DNA from: an uncultured Alphaproteobacteria bacterium
Lineage (GTDB): Bacteria; Pseudomonadota; Alphaproteobacteria; UBA8366; JADFVY01
DNA: 64,000 nt
Direction of reading: 5' to 3'
NCBI GenBank assembly: GCA_947259795.1
Contig: CAMYNJ010000139.1
Coordinates: forward strand, 7,850-71,849
The notes under the pieces are model-generated. The model worked only from the letters and a program-made list of their open reading frames with translations, was not told the origin of the DNA and searched no databases. Positions 12,139-20,097 of the stretch are shown here, piece by piece (position 1 is the first letter of the stretch; each line of letters begins with the position of its first letter). The translations under genes were made by a program, and so were the position numbers.

Positions 12139-13065
12139 ATGGCGCTGATCTTCTATTCGCCGATCAATCCCGCGGATCTGTGGGAGGCGGAACTGAAAAA
12201 GCACATCCCCGATCTTGATTTCCGACGACTGGAAGCTCCCGGCGATCCGGCTGAGATCGACATGGCGCTGTGCTGGAAGCCGCCGCCCGGGGCGCTGGCG
12301 GCATTCCCCAACTTGAAGGTAATCTTTTCGCTCGCCGCCGGACCTGACCATCTGCTGTCCGATCCCGAGTTGCCGGACGTGCCGATCGTCCGCATGGTGG
12401 AGCCGTCGCTGACCGGCGGGGTCGCCGAATACATCGTCCTTCACGTCATGCGGCACCACAAGGCCCAGCGCCGGTTCGAGGAACAGCAGAAGGCCCGGCT
12501 TTGGAAGGAATACTTCGCGCCGCCGGCCGGGACGCGACGGGTTGGCATCATGGGGCTGGGCGCGATCGGCGGTGAGGCCGCGCGGATGCTCAAGGCCGTG
12601 GGCTTCGACGTCGCCGGCTGGTCGCGGACGCCGAAACAGGTGGCGGGCGTGACCTCGTTCCACGGGGCGGACCAACTGGTCGACATCCTCGCGCGCACGG
12701 ACATCCTCGTCTGCATCCTGCCTAAGACGCCGCAAACCGAGGGAATCCTGAACGCGGACTTGTTTGCGAAGCTGCCGCAGGGCGCCAGCATCGTCAATGC
12801 CGGGCGGGGCGACCAGCTCGTCGAGCGGGATCTGCTGGACGCGCTCGAATCCGGGCAGCTCTCGGAAGCCACGCTGGACGTCTTCCGCACCGAGCCGCTG
12901 CCCGAAGTCCATCCGTTCTGGGGTCACCCGAGGATTACCGTAACGCCCCATTCGGCGGGTGATCCCTTCGCCGACAGTGGCGCCCGGGTGGTCGCGGAGA
13001 ATATCCTGCGGTTTCGGCGCGGCGAGGCGCTGCCCCACCTGCTAGACCGCGAGGCCGGGTACTGA
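12139..13065 (+). CDS. D-2-hydroxyacid dehydrogenase, GhrA-like (glyoxylate/hydroxypyruvate reductase A family), copy 1
   Basis: NAD-binding GIMGLGAIG and catalytic region NAGRG...TPH. End-to-end resemblance to E. coli GhrA as I recall it (MxxIFY start, DREAGY end). Confidence 0.8.
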   Translation: MALIFYSPINPADLWEAELKKHIPDLDFRRLEAPGDPAEIDMALCWKPPPGALAAFPNLKVIFSLAAGPDHLLSDPELPDVPIVRMVEPSLTGGVAEYIVLHVMRHHKAQRRFEEQQKARLWKEYFAPPAGTRRVGIMGLGAIGGEAARMLKAVGFDVAGWSRTPKQVAGVTSFHGADQLVDILARTDILVCILPKTPQTEGILNADLFAKLPQGASIVNAGRGDQLVERDLLDALESGQLSEATLDVFRTEPLPEVHPFWGHPRITVTPHSAGDPFADSGARVVAENILRFRRGEALPHLLDREAGY

Positions 13066-13091
13066 CGGCGCCGCGACGCCGGGAGAGCGCA

Positions 13092-14021
13092 ATGGCACTG
13101 ATTTTCCGCACCGAATTCGCGCGCATCGCGGCGTGGCGCGAGGCCTTCAAACGGCACATGCCCGATCTGGATTTCCGTGCCTGGGACGAGCCCGGCGATG
13201 TCGCGGACATCGAGTTCGCCATGGTCTGGAAGCCACCGCGCGGGGTCCTTCGCAGCTTTCCGAACCTCAAGGTGATTTTCTCGCTGGGCGCCGGCGTCGA
13301 CCATCTGTTCAGCGATCCCGAACTGCCCGAGGGCGTGCCGGTGGTGCGCATGATCGAGCCAGAACTGACGCGCGGCATGACCGAATATGTGGTGCTGCAT
13401 GTGCTGCGCCATCACCGCCGCCAGCGCGAGATGGAGGCGAATCAACGCGAGCGCAAATGGAGACAGGTCATTACGCCGACCGCGCCGGCGCGGAAGGTCG
13501 GGATCATGGGGCTCGGCGAGCTGGGCGCCACCGCGGCGAAGGTGCTGGCCGCGCTTGAGTTCGATGTCGCCGGCTGGTCGCGCATGGGAAAAGACATTCC
13601 CGGCGTGGGGTCCTTCCATGGAGCGGGTGGTCTCGGGCCGTTTCTGGCGCGCAGCGAGATCCTGATCTGCCTGTTGCCGTTGACGCCGGATACGGAGAAG
13701 ATCCTGAACGCCGACCTGTTCGCTAAACTGCCGAAGGGCGCCAGCCTGATCAATGCGGCGCGCGGCGGCCACCAAGCGGAAGAGGACATCCTGGCGGCGC
13801 TGGATTCGGGGCAGCTTTCCGAGGTCACGCTGGACGTGTTCCAGACAGAGCCCCTGCCCGCCGGCCATCCCTTCTGGGATCATCCGAAAGTGACGATCAC
13901 GCCGCACAATGCCAGCATCACCGATCCCGATAGCGGGGCGCGGCGGGTGGTGGAAAACATCCGCCGCTTCCGGCGCGGCGAGCCGCTTCCCAATATTGTC
14001 GACCCGAAGGCGGGTTACTGA
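13092..14021 (+). CDS. D-2-hydroxyacid dehydrogenase, GhrA-like, copy 2 (tandem paralog)
   Basis: Same architecture as copy 1: GIMGLGELG, NAARG, ITPH, and a DPKAGY end. Collinear with copy 1 over the full length. Confidence 0.8.
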   Translation: MALIFRTEFARIAAWREAFKRHMPDLDFRAWDEPGDVADIEFAMVWKPPRGVLRSFPNLKVIFSLGAGVDHLFSDPELPEGVPVVRMIEPELTRGMTEYVVLHVLRHHRRQREMEANQRERKWRQVITPTAPARKVGIMGLGELGATAAKVLAALEFDVAGWSRMGKDIPGVGSFHGAGGLGPFLARSEILICLLPLTPDTEKILNADLFAKLPKGASLINAARGGHQAEEDILAALDSGQLSEVTLDVFQTEPLPAGHPFWDHPKVTITPHNASITDPDSGARRVVENIRRFRRGEPLPNIVDPKAGY

Positions 14022-14059
14022 GCTCGGCCGCCGCCTTCCCGCAACAAGCCGCCAGGGAT

Positions 14060-14539
14060 TCAATTACCCGCCGGTTCCTTCTTGTTCTCCGCCTTGGGCG
14101 CTTTCGCCGCCGGCGTCTTCGGCATTGCGGCTTTACTCACGGTGGCGGGCTTCATCGCCCGCGCCTTGGCCCGTCGCGCTTGCGCTGCGGCCAGATCCCG
14201 CTCGCGCTCCAGCGTGACGTCGTTGATGATTTCCGCGAATTCGGCCAGATAGACCGACCCCTTGACCGTGCGTTGAACGACGACCGAGCGGCGATCCCTG
14301 GGATCCGCCTTGCGCCGCGCCAGCCCGAATTCCCCCAGGCGGTCGATCGCGCGGGTGATGGCCGGCTTGGACACGTTCAGGATTTCGGCCAGGCCACGGA
14401 CCGTATGAGGCTGCTCGGTCATGTAGACGGTTAGCAGCACGGCCATCTGTCGTGCGGACAGGTCCGGTGCGTCGCGCCGAACGTTGGCAACCATCGCACG
14501 TCGCCAGATATCCAGCGGGTCGAGGTCGGTAACTGCCAT
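14060..14539 (-). CDS. MarR-family transcriptional regulator with Lys/Ala/Pro-rich C-terminal tail
   Basis: Winged-helix core (LSARQMAVLL...VRGLAEILNVSKPAITRAIDRL...DPRDRRS). The last 40 or so residues are AKP-rich. Confidence 0.8.
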   Translation of the reverse strand: MAVTDLDPLDIWRRAMVANVRRDAPDLSARQMAVLLTVYMTEQPHTVRGLAEILNVSKPAITRAIDRLGEFGLARRKADPRDRRSVVVQRTVKGSVYLAEFAEIINDVTLERERDLAAAQARRAKARAMKPATVSKAAMPKTPAAKAPKAENKKEPAGN

Positions 14540-14638
14540 TCAGCTCACCGATTATTGTTTCGGTCTTGCATCGAAACTACGGTCCGATTCGGTTCGGCAC
14601 AAGGAAAATCAGGGCGAAATGCCCTGTCCGGGTTGTCG

Positions 14639-16027
14639 TCAGGCGCCCGCGAAACGCTCTTGGATTGCCGCGAAGGCGGCGCGCATGGCCATTGCCTCGC
14701 CGCCCTCGGGCCGGCCGGGGCGAGCCGCCGGGTTCCAGGCCATGATGTCGAAATGCGCCCAGGAAACGCCCTTGTCCACGAACTCGGCGAGGAACAGCGC
14801 CGCCGTAATGGCGCCGGCATAGGGCGAATCGCCGGCGTTGTTGATATCGGCGACCTTGCTGTCGATCATGGGGCGATAGGGCTTCCACAGCGGCATGCGC
14901 CATACCGGGTCGTCCTCCGCCACGCCGTGGCGGTACAGATCTTCCGCCAGGCTGTCGTCGGGTGTGAACATGGCCGCGATCCCGGTGCCGACGGCGCTGC
15001 GTGCCGCGCCGGTCAGGGTCGCGAAATCCAGCAGCAGATCGGGCTTGTCCGCCACTGCTTCGGTCAGGGCATCGGCCAGCACCAGCCGGCCTTCGGCATC
15101 GGTATTGCCGATTTCCACCGTCAATCCCTTGCGTGTCCACAGGACATCGCGCGGCCGCATGGCGTTGCCCGACACGCTGTTTTCGACGGCCGGCGCCAAT
15201 AGCCTGAGGCGCACCGGCAGGCCGGTCATCATGATCATACGCGCCAGCCCCAGCACCGTCGCCGCGCCGCCCATATCCTTTTTCATCAGGGCCATGCCCC
15301 GGCTGGGCTTCAGGTCCAGCCCGCCGGTATCGAAACAGACGCCCTTGCCAACCAGCGTTACCCTGGGGTGGTTCGGGTTGCCCCAGCTCATATCGACCAG
15401 CCGCGGCGCTACAGCGGCGGCGCGGCCAACGGCATGGATGGCCGGATAGTTCCGTTCGAGCAGCTCGTCGCCCACGGTGACGGAGAAATCGGCGCCGAAC
15501 TCCTGGGCGAGCTGTTGCGCCGCCTGGGCCAGGTCGGCCGGCCCCATGTCGGCGGCCGGCGTATTGATCAGGTCGCGCACTAGAACCGTGGCTGACGCCG
15601 CAGCGGCAACATAGATGCGATCCGCGCCGGCAGGCCAGACAAGGCTGCGCCGCGGCTGCTCGTTATTCCTGTAGCGTGTGAAGGCGTATGAGCCGAGCGC
15701 CCAGCCCAGCGCGGCCCGGCTGGCCACCGCCGCCGACAAATCGGCTTGTATCCTGTAATTCCCTGCCGGCAGCGCTTGCGCTGCGCCACCCCACGACCAG
15801 ATGTCCGTGTCTCCCTCGACACCTACCAACGCTCCGCCCACCGGCCCCTGCCCGCTGCCGGGAAGAAGCAGCACTGCGCTGGGCTTGGCCGCATACCCCG
15901 TGGCCTTGACCCATCCGGCGGTTCCTGCCGGCAGCTCTTCGATCACGGCCGCCAGCGTGCCGGGGTCGACCGGGATCAGCGGAATCGCCGGGGCGCCATC
16001 GTCCTCGATCAGATATTCCAGGGGCAT
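14639..16027 (-). CDS. M17-family leucyl aminopeptidase-like protein
   Basis: Signature NTDAEGRLVLADAL, plus the VGKGVCFDTGG and MKKDMGGAA metal-site motifs. Confidence 0.9.
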   Translation of the reverse strand: MPLEYLIEDDGAPAIPLIPVDPGTLAAVIEELPAGTAGWVKATGYAAKPSAVLLLPGSGQGPVGGALVGVEGDTDIWSWGGAAQALPAGNYRIQADLSAAVASRAALGWALGSYAFTRYRNNEQPRRSLVWPAGADRIYVAAAASATVLVRDLINTPAADMGPADLAQAAQQLAQEFGADFSVTVGDELLERNYPAIHAVGRAAAVAPRLVDMSWGNPNHPRVTLVGKGVCFDTGGLDLKPSRGMALMKKDMGGAATVLGLARMIMMTGLPVRLRLLAPAVENSVSGNAMRPRDVLWTRKGLTVEIGNTDAEGRLVLADALTEAVADKPDLLLDFATLTGAARSAVGTGIAAMFTPDDSLAEDLYRHGVAEDDPVWRMPLWKPYRPMIDSKVADINNAGDSPYAGAITAALFLAEFVDKGVSWAHFDIMAWNPAARPGRPEGGEAMAMRAAFAAIQERFAGA

Positions 16028-16132
16028 GCAGGTTCTCCTTGCGCTGGCGGTGTTCCGGCGTTCTAGTTGCGGCGATGCTTTTTGTAGCGGGCGTTGCGCA
16101 GCAGGGCAACGGCAAGCAAAGGGGATAGGGGA

Positions 16133-16795
16133 ATGCCGGATTTGACTTTGATTATCGGGAATCGGAATTATTCGTCATGGTCGCTGCGGGCATGGCTTGC
16201 CATGCGCATGGCAGGCTTGGCGTTCGAGGAAATCCTGATACAGCTGGATCAGCCGGATACCGCAACGCGAATTCGCGAATATTCACCGGCTGGCCGCGTG
16301 CCGGTGCTCCGTCATGAGGACCGCGCGATCTGGGACTCCCTGGCGATCTGCGAATATGCGGCGGAGCTGGCGCCCGAGGCGCATCTGTGGCCTGAGGACC
16401 GCATTGCCCGGGCGGTGGCGCGGTCCGTCAGCGCGGAAATGCATTCCGGCTTCGCCGCCCTTCGGGACGCATTGCCGATGAATATCCGCGCGGACCGTCC
16501 CGGTATCCCCATCGCGGATGCCACCCAGGCCGATATCGACCGGATATGCGGGATCTGGCGCGATTGCCGACAACAGTTCGGCGCCGGCGGGTACTTCCTG
16601 TTCGGCGGTTTTTCGATTGCCGATGCCATGTTCGCACCGGTCGCGTCCCGCCTGCACAGCTATCGCATCGCCGTGGACGGTATGGCGCGAGATTATATCG
16701 AAGCGATCCGGACGCTGCCGGCCATGGAGGAATGGTCCGTGGCCGCAGCCGCGGAGCCCTGGGTATTGGAGCAGGAGGAGATTCGCGTCGATTAG
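16133..16795 (+). CDS. Glutathione S-transferase family protein
   Basis: N-terminal thioredoxin-like GST motif (NYSSWSLRAW, GRVPVL). Strong SD GGGGATAGGGGA before ATG 16133. Confidence 0.8.
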   Translation: MPDLTLIIGNRNYSSWSLRAWLAMRMAGLAFEEILIQLDQPDTATRIREYSPAGRVPVLRHEDRAIWDSLAICEYAAELAPEAHLWPEDRIARAVARSVSAEMHSGFAALRDALPMNIRADRPGIPIADATQADIDRICGIWRDCRQQFGAGGYFLFGGFSIADAMFAPVASRLHSYRIAVDGMARDYIEAIRTLPAMEEWSVAAAAEPWVLEQEEIRVD

Positions 16796-17964
16796 TTGGT
16801 CACGGAAGCGTTGGTTACCTCCGGATCCGCCGCCTCTTCAGTCTCTGCCGGTTCTTCCTCGGTGCCGGCTTCCACCGGCTCGCCGGCTTCGTCCACCGGT
16901 TCCCTGTCGACATCCTCGACCGGGGCCGCCTCCACGTCTTCGCCTTCGCCGTCATCATCCTTCTCGACGATCGCTTCGCAGTCCTTGGTACTGCCGGCGC
17001 CCTCGGCCAAAATCCCGGCCACCTCTTCCTCTGTTTCTTCCTTGGGCTCTCCACCCTCGGCGAGGTCTTCCTTCCTGGCAGCCTTGGGCTCTCCGCACTC
17101 CTCGGAAAGCTCGAGCTCCGGCGGCTTGGGGCGGTTACAATTCGGCGGCGGCAGCTGCCTGACCTCGGTCAACTCGGCATGGATCGTCATAATGCCGGAC
17201 TTCATCTGCATAAAGCTGGCGACGCCGCTGTCGTGGATCTGGATCATCGTATAGTTTTCTTCTTCCTCTTCCTTCAGTTCCTGGTCCGTTTCCTTGTCGT
17301 CCTCGTCACCTTCGGGTATCGGCGTGGCGCGCAGCCGCCAGGAACGGCCATCAACCAGCCCGGCATCTCCCTTGGGTGGAATCGACAGGATAATCGGCTC
17401 GCCGCCAATGCTGCGAATTTCCACGAATTTAGCCGTCGGGTCGAAATAGTTGTGTTTGGCGGTGGTTCCTTCGCTGGTCAACGATTCCACGATCCGCCGC
17501 ATCGCGGTTATCGGCATTTCGACGCCTTTGGGAAGTTTTCTCTCATAACGCTTGGGCTTCACGTATTTCACCGCACCCGCCTCGCCCTCGGCCGGAATCG
17601 CAGCGTTACCGCGATATTCGAGACGGCCCGAACCGGACAGGTCCTCCCAGTAAACGAAGTCCGTGCTCTGTCCGTCAAGGCTCTCGCGCTGGCGGAACAT
17701 GGTATGGGTGCGCACTTTGTTCCCGTTGTCCAACTCCAGCAGGAACAGAAACTCGGAATGCGACTGCCAGCGTGTGCAGTCGCGCCTGACACGCATGGCC
17801 ATCGCGCCTTTGGCGGTGATGATGGCGCCGTCATAGTCGATTTCGCCCAGCGTAAGCCGGTAGGTCGCTTCATAGCTGGTCAGGCTACCCTGGGCCAGCG
17901 CCGCCGGGCTTCCGAAAATCAGCGCCAACAGCGCCAAGGGCAGCATTCTTACGTTACGCATCAT
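16792..17964 (-). CDS. DUF1849/EipB-like periplasmic protein, paralog 1, with an acidic C-terminal extension of about 114 aa
   Basis: Signal peptide ending ALAQG, YEATYRLTL motif, Cys63 in RDC and Cys276 in PPPNC. This is followed by an E/D/P/A-rich tail (nt 16795-17136). There is an internal DEDDKETDQELKEEEEE insert. Confidence 0.75.
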   Translation of the reverse strand: MMRNVRMLPLALLALIFGSPAALAQGSLTSYEATYRLTLGEIDYDGAIITAKGAMAMRVRRDCTRWQSHSEFLFLLELDNGNKVRTHTMFRQRESLDGQSTDFVYWEDLSGSGRLEYRGNAAIPAEGEAGAVKYVKPKRYERKLPKGVEMPITAMRRIVESLTSEGTTAKHNYFDPTAKFVEIRSIGGEPIILSIPPKGDAGLVDGRSWRLRATPIPEGDEDDKETDQELKEEEEENYTMIQIHDSGVASFMQMKSGIMTIHAELTEVRQLPPPNCNRPKPPELELSEECGEPKAARKEDLAEGGEPKEETEEEVAGILAEGAGSTKDCEAIVEKDDDGEGEDVEAAPVEDVDREPVDEAGEPVEAGTEEEPAETEEAADPEVTNASVTN

Positions 17965-17995
17965 CGTCGTTCGCCTTCATAATATAGTCCGAAGC

Positions 17996-18805
17996 CTAGC
18001 ATTCGGGGGTCGGCAGTTCGGAAATGGCGACCAATTCGCCAGAAAGAACCATGGTCTGGTAGTCGTGCCAGAACTTGCTGACCACGCCATTTTCATGGAT
18101 CTGCAGTGTTTCGATCATAAAGGGATCGTTCTGGGCGATAGCCTCGAAATAGATCGCCCTGTCGACCGTCCATGACTTGCCCTTGACCAGCGCGGCATCG
18201 CCCTTTTCGATCTTACCCAAATTCGCGGCCCTTCCGGGCGTAACCGTGGTTACCTCGGAAACACCGAGTACCTGGAACGCTATTGATTGCGGATCGGTTC
18301 GACCGCTCGTCAGCGCATCCATCAGCTCCTGCATTGCGGCCATCGGAAGTTTCGTGGGTGACGGCAAATTCCAAACGGTTTCCTCAGGCTGCTGAAAGCT
18401 TGCCTTGCCGCCATAGCCATCCCGGTTCATGGCAGCCATGCCCTTCAGGTTTGTCCGGTTGCCACCGTCCTGGCTCTGCCATCCCGTAAATTCCATTCGA
18501 CCGCCATCGAGTCCTTCCAGCATGCGGGTCAAGATATGGATACTGATCGGCTCTCCCCCTTCGATCCCGACATTGAACCGTATTTCCTGCAGCGTTTCCC
18601 ATTTCTGGCAATCGCGAGTGAGGCGAATTGCCATCGCGCCTTCCGCTTCCAGAGGGAAGCCCTCGATCTTCAGGGACTCCAGCTTGAGGTCGTACTTCGC
18701 CTCATGCGGCACGATCTTCGCGCCTGCCGCCGCGCCTGCCGGCAATATGGCGATTGCCGCAACAGGCGTCAGCAAAAGCAATATGAACCATGGGCACCGC
18801 ATCAT
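17996..18805 (-). CDS. DUF1849/EipB-like periplasmic protein, paralog 2 (canonical length, 269 aa)
   Basis: Signal peptide, IVPHEAKYDLKL motif, Cys66 in RDC, and Cys269 as the last residue (PTPEC). Confidence 0.75.
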   Translation of the reverse strand: MMRCPWFILLLLTPVAAIAILPAGAAAGAKIVPHEAKYDLKLESLKIEGFPLEAEGAMAIRLTRDCQKWETLQEIRFNVGIEGGEPISIHILTRMLEGLDGGRMEFTGWQSQDGGNRTNLKGMAAMNRDGYGGKASFQQPEETVWNLPSPTKLPMAAMQELMDALTSGRTDPQSIAFQVLGVSEVTTVTPGRAANLGKIEKGDAALVKGKSWTVDRAIYFEAIAQNDPFMIETLQIHENGVVSKFWHDYQTMVLSGELVAISELPTPEC

Positions 18806-18826
18806 ATCTCTCTACTGTCGGCGGGG

Positions 18827-19798
18827 TCAGCAGTCCGGGATCGGTTCGCCCTTCAGCCAGGCAAGCGTGCCCTTGAAGGCGAAGGGGCCGATATCGATGA
18901 TCGTGTCGCTGACCACGCCGTTGGCATGAACTTTCGAGGTCACGGTCCGGGCCGGGGTCCGGCTTTCGCTGCCCATCAGGAAATACTGGGTGGTGAAGCG
19001 CCAGGCCGGCGCATCCAGCAGTTCCGCGCTGCCGTCAGGCACGATCGGATTGACAACCTGCGCGATCTGGGCCGGGCGGTATACCGCGCGGAAGGCATCG
19101 TCCTTGTTCAGGCCGTTAAATACCACGAATTCAGGCTGCAGCGATCCGGCCTCGAGGCTGTCGAGTTGCCTTCTCAGGGCGTCGAAGGGAAAGATCGCCG
19201 CCGGGTCTACCTCAATCCTGCGATCTTCCGGCCAGCTGTATTTTACCTGGACACCGAGAAGCCGCATCTCGATCGTCCCGTCATCCTTTTGCGCCTCTGC
19301 CTGCTCGGCAACTTTCTTCGCCTCGGCTTCGGCCTGTGCTGCGGCGGGGTCCACGGCCTTCTCGTCCGAACCCGCGGCCTTTGCCGCATCCTCGACCGTT
19401 TCGTCCTCGACCTCGATCAGTGTACCGCCCTCGGGCCGAACCGCGTCGCCGGCGATGATCGCGACGGTCTTGCCGTTCAGAGTCGTACGTGACCAAAACC
19501 AGTATTGCTGGGCTTCGACGGCTTCGCGCAACCGCTCTTCAATCACGATACGCGTCTCGCGACCGTCAGTATACCGGATCTTGAAATCAATATGTCTGTC
19601 GATGCCGTAGTGGAAGCAATCGCGGAGTACCTTGACCTCCATCGTACCGTTGGCGCTCTCCGCCCATCCGTCGACTTTCATGTCCTGGAGGGCCAGGCGG
19701 TACATCGCTTGGTGGGGTACAATCTCCGCCGCTGTCGCGGGGCTCGAAACCAGCAAACCGGCGACCGTTGCTGCCGCCACATCCATACGAATCTTCAT
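18827..19798 (-). CDS. DUF1849/EipB-like periplasmic protein, paralog 3, with an internal Ala/Glu/Lys-rich insertion
   Basis: Signal peptide, IVPHQAMYRLAL motif, Cys61 in RDC, and Cys323 as the last residue (IPDC). The insertion reads EVEDETVEDAAKAAGSDEKAVDPAAAQAEAEAKKVAEQAEAQKDD. Confidence 0.75.
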   Translation of the reverse strand: MKIRMDVAAATVAGLLVSSPATAAEIVPHQAMYRLALQDMKVDGWAESANGTMEVKVLRDCFHYGIDRHIDFKIRYTDGRETRIVIEERLREAVEAQQYWFWSRTTLNGKTVAIIAGDAVRPEGGTLIEVEDETVEDAAKAAGSDEKAVDPAAAQAEAEAKKVAEQAEAQKDDGTIEMRLLGVQVKYSWPEDRRIEVDPAAIFPFDALRRQLDSLEAGSLQPEFVVFNGLNKDDAFRAVYRPAQIAQVVNPIVPDGSAELLDAPAWRFTTQYFLMGSESRTPARTVTSKVHANGVVSDTIIDIGPFAFKGTLAWLKGEPIPDC

Positions 19799-20028
19799 CG
19801 CAAAACGCCAATGTTCTGTTCAAAATAACGCGCCGTTGGGAAACTGCCCGACATCGCTCGACAGGAATTGCCTGCCACGCTCTAACGGGGCGGCTTGCCC
19901 AGCTCTCTGTGAATAAGGCCACAATTAGGTTAATCTCGCGTAAAGGCGCATGAACGCTGGCGTTTTTTTCCCATGGGCACGCCGTTGAAATGTCAGGCGG
20001 ACGGCGCTCGTCTGCGGCACCCCAATTC

Positions 20029-20044
20029 TGGCACGGTAAATGCA
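20029..20044 (+). promoter_or_regulatory. Candidate sigma-54 (-24/-12) promoter
   Basis: TGGCACG-GTAA-ATGCA against consensus TGGCACG-N4-TTGCW: 11 of 12 positions with correct GG/GC spacing. It lies 54-66 nt upstream of the possible starts of the downstream kinase gene. Confidence 0.45.
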
Positions 20045-20097
20045 TAAAATGCCTGCAATCATATGTCGGCGACTACAGGCTGGCATAATGCAACGGG

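Noticed and set aside
16546-17982. 478-aa plus-strand ORF overlapping the GST end and EipB-like paralog 1
   Set aside because: It is out-of-frame or antisense relative to two well-supported genes. The product is Arg/Gly/Leu-rich with no signal peptide or motifs.
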